A stretch of 64,000 bases of DNA, taken from contig NC_068983.1 of NCBI RefSeq assembly GCF_001194135.2, positions 153,250,023 through 153,314,022 of the forward strand, written 5' to 3'. This document shows positions 52,336-64,000 of this stretch, piece after piece (positions within the stretch are counted from its first letter, which is position 1; each line of letters begins with the position of its first letter). Source of the stretch: Octopus bimaculoides (Eukaryota). The position numbers and the translations under genes were made by a program. The notes under the pieces were generated by a model. That model saw only the letters and a list, made by a program, of their open reading frames with translations. It made no database searches and was not told the DNA's origin.

Positions 52336-53160
52336 ACTTGTAAACCGTATCTACGTCATCGTCGTCGTTGCCACCGCTCTGCCGTTCCCGCATCTGCCGC
52401 CGCTGCCGCCTTTGCCGCCTCTGGCGCCGTTGCCGCCTCTGCCGCCTGTGCTGCCGCTACCGCCGCTACTGCAGCTGCCGCCACCTCCGCTGACGCCGTC
52501 GCCGCTGCCGCCTTTGCCGCCTCTGGCGCCGTTGCCGCCTCTGNNNNNNNNNNNNNNNNNNNNNNNNNNNNNNNNNNNNNNNNNNNNNNNNNNNNNNNNN
52601 NNNNNNNNNNNNNNNNNNNNNNNNNNNNNNNNNNNNNNNNNNNNNNNNNNNNNNNNNNNNNNNNNNNNNNNNNNNNNNNNNNNNNNNNNNNNNNNNNNNN
52701 NNNNNNNNNNNNNNNNNNNNNNNNNNNNNNNNNNNNNNNNNNNNNNNNNNNNNNNNNNNNNNNNNNNNNNNNNNNNNNNNNNNNNNNNNNNNNNNNNNNN
52801 NNNNNNNNNNNNNNNNNNNNNNNNNNNNNNNNNNNNNNNNNNNNNNNNNNNNNNNNNNNNNNNNNNNNNNNNNNNNNNNNNNNNNNNNNNNNNNNNNNNN
52901 NNNNNNNNNNNNNNNNNNNNNNNNNNNNNNNNNNNNNNNNNNNNNNNNNNNNNNNNNNNNNNNNNNNNNNNNNNNNNNNNNNNNNNNNNNNNNNNNNNNN
53001 NNNNNNNNNNNNNNNNNNNNNNNNNNNNNNNNNNNNNNNNNNNNNNCTGCGGTCGTTAACCCCGCTGCCGCCGTCGTCTCCCCCGCCGCTGCCACCGCTA
53101 CCACCGCTTCACCCGTTGCCGCCGCTGCCATTGTCGCTGCTGCCGTCATCACTGTCTTCG
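52336..53160. repeat. GC-rich degenerate (GCC)n repeat with higher-order duplication, spanning a gap
   Basis: gccgctgccgcctttgccgcctctggcgccgttgccgcctctg occurs twice (about 52399-52441 and 52501-52543). Confidence 0.9.
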
Positions 53161-53199
53161 TCGTTGAGAGCACAATGGTAACAGCAGCAGAAACAGCTG

Positions 53200-54389
53200 T
53201 GGACGAATGAAGGTACAAATGACTAGGAGTGCTACAAGAAGATAGGATATTGGAAGGAGTATTGAAAGTCCGCAAAGAATACAATGAAAAATTTAGGAAA
53301 ATGCTGGGAACAAAATGAAATGGCAGGAATATCATCAACGGTATAAATACATGTGTTGTGCCCTTACTGAGATACACTGTTCCCTTTCTGAAATGTACAC
53401 AGATCAACCTACAGAACTTGGATACAAGAACTAGAAAGCTCCTAAGAAGGCACAACGCACTTCATTTCAGAAGTAATACCGACCGACTCTATCTACTTAG
53501 AAAGGAAGATGGAAGAGGATTACGAAATGCAGAAGACGCTGTTAGTATTGCGATACTGTGTCTGAAGAATTATGTTGTGCAAAGTAAAGAAGGAATACTT
53601 TCGGCTGCCAGAGATACCGAAAAAGTGACTGAAACATTTGGTGAGTTCAAAGAGAAAAGATAGTACCAATGAGCAAACAGATTAAAAGAGATGGAAGTTC
53701 CCCAATCAATTCATGCAACAAACCAAGAATGTTGGAAATAAAGTTCGATAGATTTGGTTGGCGTCCGGGAAGTTGAAAGGAGAGACGAAATTGGTACAAC
53801 GCGAATACAAAAGACGCCAAGACAATGTGGAGAATACAAAAGACGCCAAGTCATTAGGAACTCTGTGGAAATCACGGCCTACAAAAAGCAAAAACGTGAT
53901 ATGGACAAATTCCAGAATGAGTTACCAAAAATGAGAATTGCAATATCACGTGGGATGCAATGATCGAGTGCGATCACCCGACGGGACATCGGAAACCGAA
54001 CATTGTCGTGGTGAATGAAAAATAAAGTACATATATGATAATCGACATAGCATGCCCCGGTGACAACGGGGTCAATGTGAAAGAAGAAAGATAAACAACT
54101 ACGACTATTTGAAGTGAGAAATACGAAGGTTATAGTCAATGAAGAGAGTAGACGTGATACCGGTAGTAACTGGTGCACTTGGTAGTATGAGTACACAACT
54201 ACCAACGTGGCTGAAAAATACTGGTGCAAGTGTGAAGGCAAAACACCAACAAAACACAGCATTGCTTGGAACTGTAAGAATTCTTCGCAGGGTTCTTGAA
54301 GCATGAATAGTAAACAAGTGTCACCTTAGTCTGCTGGTTGTATATAGCTGATACTTTTATACTCACAACAAGCTGTGAATTTTCATATA
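53200..54389 (+). mobile_element. R4/Dong-clade LINE copy 1 (post-RT region to 3' end, internal deletions)
   Basis: INTCVVPLLRY, LDTRTRKLL...DRLYLLRKEDGRGL, EYKRRQDNV, TWDAMIECD...RKPNIVVV, IIDIACPGD, QKTALLGTVRILRRVLEA*. Confidence 0.88.
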
Positions 54390-54418
54390 ATGATGATGAT
54401 GGTAGTGGTGGTGATGAC

Positions 54419-54462
<44 letters not shown>

Positions 54463-54464
54463 CG

Positions 54465-54664
54465 ATCATTTCTAGTAGAGGAACAAAGCCTGAAACTGGG
54501 GAAGGAGGGTAGTTGATTAGATCGACCCCAGTACGCAACTGGTACTTAAATTATCGACCCCGAGAAGAAGAAATGCAAAGTCGACCTCGGTGGAATTTGA
54601 ACTCAGAACGTAAAAGCAGATGAAATACCACAAAGAATTTCGCATGCCGTGCTAACTATTCTGC

Positions 54665-54665
<1 letters not shown>
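54465..54665 (-). mobile_element. SINE family 2, tail type B, head clipped at the (AAT)n tract
   Basis: gatcgaccccagtacgcaactggtacttaaattatcgaccccgag...gtcgacctcggtggaatttgaactcagaacgta. Confidence 0.88.
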
Positions 54666-54735
<70 letters not shown>

Positions 54736-54769
54736 CAATAATAATAATAATGATAATAATAATAATAAA
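54666..54769. repeat. (TAA)n microsatellite
   Basis: Directly visible. Confidence 0.97.
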
Positions 54770-55228
54770 TGGTACGGCCACAAACTCGAAGACATCATCG
54801 AAATTGAAAAAGAAATCCTATGGGATTTTATGATTCGGTGCGACCCTGAGATAGAGAATACGAAGTCTGAAATAGTCTTGACTGAGAAAGAAAACAAAAT
54901 ACGCTGGATCATAGACATAGCATGCCCAGCTGACAACAACGTGATAAGGGAGAAAGAAAAGTCGAGAGATATGACAGGTTAGCTTGGGAAGTTAAGCAGT
55001 TGTAGTCAATGAAAAGGGTAACAGTAGTGACAATAATTGTTGGAGCCCTGGGAGCAGTCAGTAAAAGTCTCGAGAAGTGCGTGGAACATATAGGGGCTGC
55101 AAAAAGGATGGAGCACTTGCAGAAAACAGCACTGCTTGGAACCGGCCGAATACTTCGGAAGGTGCTCGAAAAATAAGAGGTGTTACCTTAGTTCACTGTT
55201 AGTGAACAGCTAAGCTGTAGAAAGGCAC
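54770..55228 (+). mobile_element. R4/Dong-clade LINE copy 2 (REL domain and 3' UTR, 5'-truncated)
   Basis: WYGHKLEDII...ILWDFMIRCD...WIIDIACPADN...IIVGALGAV...EHLQKTALLGTGRILRKVLEK* (stop 55174-55176); (TAA)n on both sides. Confidence 0.9.
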
Positions 55229-55688
<460 letters not shown>

Positions 55689-55792
55689 ATAATAATAACA
55701 ATATTAATATTATTATTATCGATAATAGTGATGATGATAATAATAATAATAATAACAGCAACAGCGACAACAACAACAACAACAACAACAGC

Positions 55793-55863
<71 letters not shown>

Positions 55864-55900
55864 CAATAACTATAATAATAATAATTGTAATATTTATTAT
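55689..55900. repeat. (TAA)n/(CAA)n microsatellite
   Basis: Directly visible. Confidence 0.95.
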
Positions 55901-56000
55901 AATAAAAACAAGAACTATAACAAATTCAAATTGCGATGAACGTAAACAAACAAACGAAGTTTCCTTTAGAAGTGTTGAGATGTCTTAGAAAGTTAAAGAG

Positions 56001-56139
56001 GTGATTTTAAATTCTCAAACGCAAGATAATGCTAATAATATAGCCTTGCCAACACTTTTTTTCTGAAAAAAATAGGGGTAGCTTTTCCTGTCCAGGCTAT
56101 ATTATTAGCATTATCCTGCGTTTGAGAATTTAAAATCAC
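56001..56139. repeat. Near-perfect 46-bp inverted repeat with 47-bp spacer
   Basis: 56001-56046 gtgattttaaattctcaaacgcaagataatgctaataatatagcct versus 56094-56139 aggctatattattagcattatcctgcgtttgagaatttaaaatcac; one mismatch. Confidence 0.93.
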
Positions 56140-58955
56140 TTCAACAACTATAATAATGAAAAAAAAAAATGATAATGATAATTTATTCACATGGTCTGAT
56201 TTAGTCATTAGGTTTCTGGTTTAATCCCTAGGTCAATAAGTTTAAGGAAAAGGATGTAACGATGGTGTTTGGAACTAAAATGGCATACAGTATGATATTT
56301 CAGTAATAATTCGAGATTACGAAATAGCATAACAAAGTTCTTTAGAAGGAGCCTACTTTGATTATGCCAAGTGAATCACTGGGATAACTGCAAATAAAAC
56401 AGATTTTCCGAAATCACACATTCTTCTTATTGCTTTTGTTGCACATTACCGATAATATTTGCGAAAAGGAAGGATTTAGGTAAGATTGTAGTGAAGAAAC
56501 TATTTAATATTAATCTGCAGCTCATGAAAAACGTGAAACTGTCGGAGAAGTGAAAAGATACCCATTCTTTAGTGCAAACTCTTTATCTAGCGAAGATATA
56601 CGAATGAAGTTAGGTATAAAGTGTGGTGTGACACAATGGACGTAAGTGCATTAGAATGGAGATGCCATGATCATGGTGATTACATAAAGGATCTATTTAA
56701 TGTTGAATATAATATTAAATTGAAGTAACATGACGTTATCTATGAACTCATGGGAGGCATGAGTTATGATATAAAGAGCTGGAATAGTGAAAGGGAATGA
56801 AAGCGATCATCAGATGCTTAACAGAAAGACAGAGAAATATAATTAACGTCGACGATTGATATGTTCCGAATAGTTCAAAAATGCTGTTTGGCATAAGGAT
56901 CTGTGGTAGAGACTGCATATACCATAGATAAAAAGTGTAAAAAATGGAGACTGAGAAAACTGAAAGTCATGCAAGAGTTGAAAAGCATTGTGTGTTTAAT
57001 TGGTCTGAAATAAGAGTAACTGTGATAGACTGAAATGGTGTAGTCATAAAAGGCCACCGTGCGGCAAATCCAACGAAAATGTAATCATTGGTGTAAAAGA
57101 ATTGGACTGACATTCGTTTAGAAGTATTAACCAGACACCAGAATCGTAAAACGTCGAGTTTCCGATGGGATGTACTTAAAATCTAAGCTTATGAAAGAAT
57201 CTTAGCACGTTAATGACTGTAGATGTACCTCTGATTGGGTTAAAGCCATAACTTTAAGAATGCTATATATANNNNNNNNNNNNNNNNNNNNNNNNNNNNN
57301 NNNNNNNNNNNNNNNNNNNNNNNNNNNNNNNNNNNNNNNNNNNNNNNNNNNNNNNNNNNNNNNNNNNNNNNNNNNNNNNNNNNNNNNNNNNNNNNNNNNN
57401 NNNNNNNNNNNNNNNTATATATATATATATATATATATGTATGATTTTTGGATGGAGACATGCGTAAATAGCAAACGATTTCCTGGGAGGAAGCGATTGC
57501 AAAGCTCACTCAAGCTTAATAGCTGGCGAAAGCTGTAAAATTACAAATTTAATTACAGAGAAAAATTTATTAGGTGCAATGTCTCAACTTATGTCCATAA
57601 TTTATAGTTCAATTTGAAATATACAAAAGATATGTCAAAGCTTAATTGAAAACTAAAAGCCATTTGTATAAATTTCTTTAATTCTGCACTCTAAATCGAT
57701 TTTTACTGTATGAGTACAATCATTCATTTTATCATACTGCGATATATGCAAGTGCGGGATTACATACTTTCACACTTACATCTGAATAGACACACATACA
57801 AATACATATATATGTGTATGTGTGTGCATGTATGTGTATGCATGTCCTTAATCACGTGTACGTGTGTTTGTGCGTGCGTAAGTGTGTGTGTGTTTGTGTG
57901 TGTGTATATGTTGCTTCTTGTGCATTTTGTATCATTCGAATCATTAACATATTGAAATGATGTGTTTATATAAGTCATTGAAAATATATCATATATTCTA
58001 ACAAGCCGCTGAAATGCAAATGAATTTGAGTTCAAAAATACTCCTTACAGGGAAGAGTGCGAAGTGTCTAGGGAACAATACGCTAACTTAGCATCATTAT
58101 AAGATGGCCCCGAGAACGTTGAATTTCAGAAATTAGATGCTTTACTTATATACGCTAAAGCATTAAGAAATCTGAAACAGTAATGCACTTTTAAAACCTA
58201 ACCGTCAATAGCCATTAAATGAAATACACGTGATATGTCGCTGTTGATGTACTACGCATATATAAACTCGTTACACAGATTTTTATATCAGATAATTGAT
58301 GTCCCGCAGTATTACATATTCTAGAATATTTTATTACAATTCTTGCTGCACATCCATACATGAACACAGTCACGCATACACATATACGTGTGTAAATGAG
58401 CGTGTGCGCGCATGTATAATTTTTTTTTTGTATGTATGTATGCATGTATATGTATAAGTACACACATACATATACTTAGATGGATAGAAAATGTAGGTAA
58501 TGAATTTTATACATCTATTAAAGGCTTACATGTTTCCAATATATATTGGGGGAAGTTCTATTTCCATAATTCAATCGTATCAGTGAATCGATCCATACTG
58601 GATCTATTAAAAAAATAGAGAACAGTACTACACATTTAACTTCCTGCGTGTACTCTCCAAATCGCTCTGTAGCAACATAGAAATTTACTCGATAAGTATA
58701 CCATGAGTTTACAAAGTTGACTGATAACAGCTTGTTGAGTTCGGGTTACTGGATTTCCTGATCTGTCGCAGGATAATTTTGTTAGTCTGATGTATCTTCA
58801 TCTAGTGATGTTATAAAGTATTTCGCCTGCATAATAAATCTGTTTTTATTTTTATATACATATCGATAGATATAAGTATAGTTAGACAGATAGATATGTA
58901 GATAGATAAAATAGATAGTTAAATCGATAAAGGTGGGAGAGAGAGAGAGAGAGAA

Positions 58956-58998
<43 letters not shown>

Positions 58999-59008
58999 NN
59001 NNNNNNNN

Positions 59009-59062
<54 letters not shown>

Positions 59063-59264
59063 CAAGAACATGAATGATATGACATTCGTTGCTGCAAAAA
59101 AAAAAAAGAACGTAGTTCTCTACCCAACCATGCTGTTTTGGATGTAGACAACTTGCGTCAACTGCTTTCTACTTTAACCCTTGGTCAATCATTGCCTAAT
59201 GAGCAAACCTAGTTGAAGGGAACACAGTGGAGGTCCGTGTTTTATTATTTGCATACGTGAAGTC

Positions 59265-59490
59265 GGCGAGCTGGCAGCAACGCCGGGCGAAATCTTTAGC
59301 CGTAATTCGTCTGCCGCTATGTTCTGAGTACAAATTCTGTCGCGTTCGACTTTGCCTTTCATTATTTCGGGATCAATTAAATAAGTATTAGTTACGCACT
59401 GGGGTCGATATAATCGACTTAATCCATTTATCTGTCCTTGTTTGTCTCCTCTGTGTGTAGCTTCATGTGGGTAGTAAAGTAATAAGAAAA
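59265..59490 (+). mobile_element. SINE family 2, tail type A
   Basis: ggcgagctggcag head, cactggggtcgatataatcgacttaatcc, tail gtccttgtttgtctcctctgtgtgtagc...gtagtaaag. Confidence 0.88.
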
Positions 59491-59497
59491 GTTCACC

Positions 59498-59688
59498 CAC
59501 CGGGCGAAATGCTTAATGGTATTTCGTCTGTCGTTATTTTCTGAGTTCAAATTCCGCCAAGGTCGATTTCGTCTTTCATCCTTTCGCGGTCGATAAATTA
59601 AGTACCAGTTGCATACTGGGGTCGATCTAATCGACTGGCCCCCCTCCCCCACTAAATTTCAAGCCTTGTGTCTCGAGTAGAAAATATT
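59498..59688 (+). mobile_element. SINE family 2, tail type B, immediately downstream of the type A copy
   Basis: Same head and core, then ctaatcgactggccccctcccccactaaatttcaagccttgtgtctcgagtagaaaa. Confidence 0.88.
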
Positions 59689-60851
59689 TACACACGTAAA
59701 CTTACCCTTATTTATTCTCATGTGAATTTTATGATGTTGGGTGTAGTTTGGAAATATATCGGCCTTCATTCAAAAATTTACCCAGCTGATTAAATATAAA
59801 AGGAAATGAGTTTGAAAGAACTATAAACAAGCAAGCGATTATGTTTCGCTTCCTCCTAGGCCAGTTTCTGTAGATCGGAAGAGGAAAATGCATGTGTGTT
59901 TCCTATATTTTTGTGTTGTAGAAAGTTTTTGAGGTCCAGTATTTCAAATACAAATTTGAGAATAAAAATGCCCTAGAAATATAATAAGCAGCTTCACTAC
60001 TATTGTTTTAAAACTAGAGTACAATTCCGTGGTTGCTAAATATTTCTGTGTTAGTTCACAAAGTAAAATTTAAAATTGCCAATGGAAAATAATGTTTCTG
60101 GGTTTTTATTTTATTTTACGACGTATAATTTCGATGCAAAAAAAAATTCGCTCGAAAACACAATACAGATACTTGAAAGGACCCATAGAGACCGCATACA
60201 ATAAATCGCTAATATTATTTTTGAAACCTTAATTTTATTTTTCCCAAGCAAATATTCACAGTCAAAGTTAGATTAAATGATCGTATACAAATTATATATA
60301 CTGTCCAATTAGAATATCATGAAAAAAAAAAACACGGCCTCCATGATCCAAACATTTGAAGGGGAATTTTCTGATTTACAGCTCAGCGCTTATGAGTGAG
60401 GTTTTAGGTGTATATTAATTTAGAAAAAGTAAGGGATATATACAGATTCAGTTCAGTAACACAAATTCTGAGGAATGGAATAATATAGTTTTGCATGACC
60501 ACGGTTACGTTGATGCTTCATATATTCAACATCGTCGACACCAGGGTAGTTAATTCCCCATTTTGTTCTAAGAAACCTTCAATTTAATAATGCACGCATA
60601 GACTTTCATAAACTCTTCTGAAACGGATGTCGCAAATAGCTGCTGGAACGCAAAATATCCAGACAGTTAGCAGTTGAATTAACATAGAAGCATTTAGATT
60701 AATATAATCGACTAATCCTCATTACTAAAGTCTGCTGACTGTGTGGAAAAATTTGAAACCATGATTTAGCATCAGGTCAGCTTGATTGACTATAATTATG
60801 ATTAAAATAGTTCCTTCCTCGCTGAATTTTGATTTTTACATCAACATATAC

Positions 60852-60996
60852 CTTGCACGATGCAGCTTTTCCTGTGAGAGAAGACGAGATAATGATGAGT
60901 TGGCGAAGCTTTCCAGTAACAAAGCAGAAAAGGTATCATTTGCTCGTGACCCTCTGCATTGGTCGAATGTGGAGAATGTAACCTCAGGATCCGGCG
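60852..60996 (-). CDS. Candidate internal coding exon (145 nt) of an unidentified host gene
   Basis: Minus strand acceptor ttattctttaacag| and donor CAAG|gtatat. Open frame (phase 1 in, phase 2 out) PDPEVTFSTFDQCRGSRANDTFSALLLESFANSSLSRLLSQEKLHRA. GC-richer than the flanks, no TE motif. A second frame is also open. Confidence 0.55.
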
Positions 60997-61896
60997 CTGT
61001 TAAAGAATAAGCATTTTATTACATCTCGGGGATACTAATCACCTTTACATGAAAACAAGTTATTTTTCACTTTGAATTTTATTTTCTTTCATTGTCAAGG
61101 AAATAATTAACGCCTCAGTAGCTGCAAAATTATCCGTAATTTCTTTGTTTCATATTAAATATAGTAGCGTAACTAAAATTTTACTTTAACAAGCGTATTG
61201 TTAAATCGACGTCGTTAACTTAAATCTCTTTGTTTATATTCATTAAGTTTTCTTATCGATTATAATATTTAAAATATTTTTTCTGTATATCGTGTACATT
61301 TATTTTAATTGGTATAAAATCATTGCTTTAAAAAAAAATGATAAATTTGCTAAAAACTAATTTCATACGAAAAATATGGTTACCCAGTGATGATACAAGC
61401 TAGATGTTCTGAACTTTTTTAATAAAAAAAGAAGCAGAAGAAAAATGGCATCCAAAAGGTAATGTATGTGGTCGGTATACAGTATTTATTAGTTATATTT
61501 CAGTTTACATTTAAAGTTTTTATTCATACTTTGGTATTTTCAAAGAAAGAAGACGATATTTTTGTTATTTTCATTATCATCGTCGTCGTCGTCGAGGTCA
61601 TCATCATCATCATCAGTACCAGGAGCAACATTATCATCATTACCGGCACCAGCATCAGCATCCCCCTCCTCTTCCTTCTCTTCTTTTTCGTACTCCTCAA
61701 AACCACCACCAACACCATCATCACCATCATCACCAATATGATACGTAATGATGTTATTCTGCTATTGCAGTCGATTTTAATGGTGGTGTTTATATTTTTA
61801 CTTACTGCATATAACAAAGCAACAAAGCGAGGAGTTGCAACCGTTCGTTTAGCAACCGAAATAGGAAGAACACAACGATAAACAAAACCACTTCTG

Positions 61897-61936
<40 letters not shown>

Positions 61937-61974
61937 TATATATGTATATATATGTATATATATATATGTATATA

Positions 61975-62005
<31 letters not shown>

Positions 62006-62341
62006 GTTTACACACATACACGCACGCATCCATCTATACATACCATACATACATATATACTGAGATACACAAACACACACACGCAAGTACACACACACAC
62101 ATACGTATGTGTATTTATGCATATATCTATCTCCTAAATATGCAAGCATTTAAACGTAGAAAACCAGGAGCTACCAACATGAGTAACGATTTGTATTTTG
62201 TTTTTCTAAACGTTAAATCATGTAAACTCTTATAAATTGCAACATAAATCTATTCCGTATATGAGTGCATGTGAGTGTATGTGAGTGTGCGCGAACGTGT
62301 TTGTGTTTATGCATTTTTTGTATATGTACGTAATACACGCC

Positions 62342-62378
<37 letters not shown>

Positions 62379-63344
62379 GATATATATACATATATGTATA
62401 TATGTGTGTGCATGTGTGTGGCTGCCTATGAGAAAGTGAGAAAGAGCTATATATACAATCAAAGATACAGAAAAGGCTATGAATATGTACGTGCGTATGA
62501 AAATAAATTGAAAACGAATCTCGTTCAAGTGGCTATGAAAAAAAATTACAGACTTTGTCAGAAGACATTACAAAGAGTTATATAAATTTTTCAAATAAAA
62601 TACATATGATTCCTAATCATTTTCTTTGTTATACTATTTTTTCTCTTCATTGGAGCTCATATTTAATCAACCATTGATTTCCTGCAGGCTTTTTGAAACC
62701 TTCTTGAGGTTTAAACTGATGTTTTATCAGACTGTATTTACAAGATGTATCATACGGAAGAAATAAATAAATACATTCCACCATTTTGAATATTTCTTAC
62801 TTTATTTCATTCCTTTAGTCGGAAGCCAAAGAATATTTTCTAGTTTTGAATGCGTCAAACATTCAATTATATTGTAGAACACACCAACTTTACAAAAGAA
62901 TAAAAGGAATTAATTAATCCGTTATAGTTTCTTTTGTTTTGCTTTTTTTGTTGTTGTTAATACTTTGCTTTTTATTATTATATTTTTCTCCTTTCTATGT
63001 CTAAAATGTCTAATATAAAACTCTGTGCAAGAAAATATTTTCATTGGCTTCCATAAGCCTGCATATGCTGAATAAGAAATATCATCAGATTGAGTAGTTA
63101 AATGCAATGCTTTGTTGAAAATAACTCGTATACAATTCAAGATTTATGGTGACAAATTGAGTATTACGTAGAACCGAAGGTTTTTCAAGCTTTGAACTAA
63201 ACACCTTTTATTAATATTCAGTTTCGATCTCATGACGAAGCAATATTATTTCATGCATAAATGTTATATTCATGTTAATATCAAACACTTACACCACACA
63301 CACATATATATATACACTCACACACACACACATACATCATCATC

Positions 63345-63605
63345 ATCATCATCATCATCACCATTTAACGTCCGCTCTCCATGCTGGCATGGGTTGGACA
63401 CTTTGACTGAGCACTGGTGAGCAAGAAGGCTGCACCAGGCTCAATCTGATATGGCAAAGCCTCTACAATTGGATGGCATTCCTAACGCCAAGCATTCCGA
63501 GAGTGTACTAGGTGCTTTTACGAGCGACCGGCACGAGGGACAGTCAGGCAGTTCTGGCAACGACCACGCTCAAAAGGTTTTTTTTTACGTGCTACCTGCA
63601 CCAGA
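63345..63605 (-). mobile_element. SINE or RTE-tail-related interspersed repeat with (GAT)n tail
   Basis: (CAT)n followed by ttaacgtccgctctccatgctggcatgggttggac...ggatggcattcctaacgccaa; the ggatgcccttcctaacgccaa-type motif is common in RTE-associated repeats. Confidence 0.6.
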
Positions 63606-63930
63606 ATAGAGGATGTTGGCATATTTACAGGATAGAGGAGGGCAAGCTCACAAAGTCAGTCTTTTATACTGAAGTGTATAGAGGGCAGACGACAGCCTTT
63701 TGACTAGAGGTTGTGATACAGGGATGTAATGAAGAGGCACACGAAGAACCCCAGCTTCTCCCCAGAAACCTGAGAGGATGGTACTATTCGCCGTACCTCA
63801 TTCTTCTAGACGCTGAGGAGAAACTACAAAGAGAATATGAGAGAGCACATGAGACTCTTCACCTCCCCATTGTATCAATAGCTTTACTTGCCGCAGATCA
63901 AGAACAGAGCCTGTAGCCTACATGACAGCT
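63606..63930 (+). mobile_element. RTE-clade (BovB-like) LINE 3' fragment
   Basis: RGCWHIYRIEEGKLTKSVFYTEV...YRDVMKRH...PETWE resembles RTE LRWAGHxxRM...LPKxVFYxEL...RYKDxxK. Confidence 0.7.
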
Positions 63931-64000
63931 TACTAAAAATGATTAATGAAAAAGAACAGTATATATGCATGCATATATAGGTATATATTTATATATATAT

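Noticed and set aside
52380-52543. Ala/Thr-rich frame resembling type I antifreeze peptides
   Set aside because: Expected from any GCC-based repeat; there is no start, signal peptide or splice context.

Overview
AT-rich animal genomic DNA with about 16 N-gaps (most flanked by (TA)n or other microsatellites) and dense simple repeats. The SINE families, microsatellite load and gap pattern suggest an octopod cephalopod draft assembly (inference, not verified). No complete protein-coding gene, rRNA, true tRNA gene or CRISPR array can be supported. Most long ORFs in the track are artefacts of N-runs or microsatellites. The window is mainly decayed transposons: a Tx1/L1-clade LINE, two Hero-clade REL LINEs, four R4/Dong-like fragments, a CR1/L2-group 3' end, an RTE fragment, several Penelope-like fragments, Chapaev3, mariner, maT-like and hAT remnants, and two tRNA-derived SINE families in many copies. 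One convincing but unidentified minus-strand coding exon lies at 60852-60996, so much of the window may be intronic. The best observations are three R4/Dong 3' ends stacked in (TAA)n arrays, a rearranged foldback element, a 46-bp near-perfect inverted repeat, a LINE-SINE shared 3' tail, and SINE tail swapping and nesting. I found no evidence of a wholly new biological system. All family assignments come from motif recognition, not database searches.
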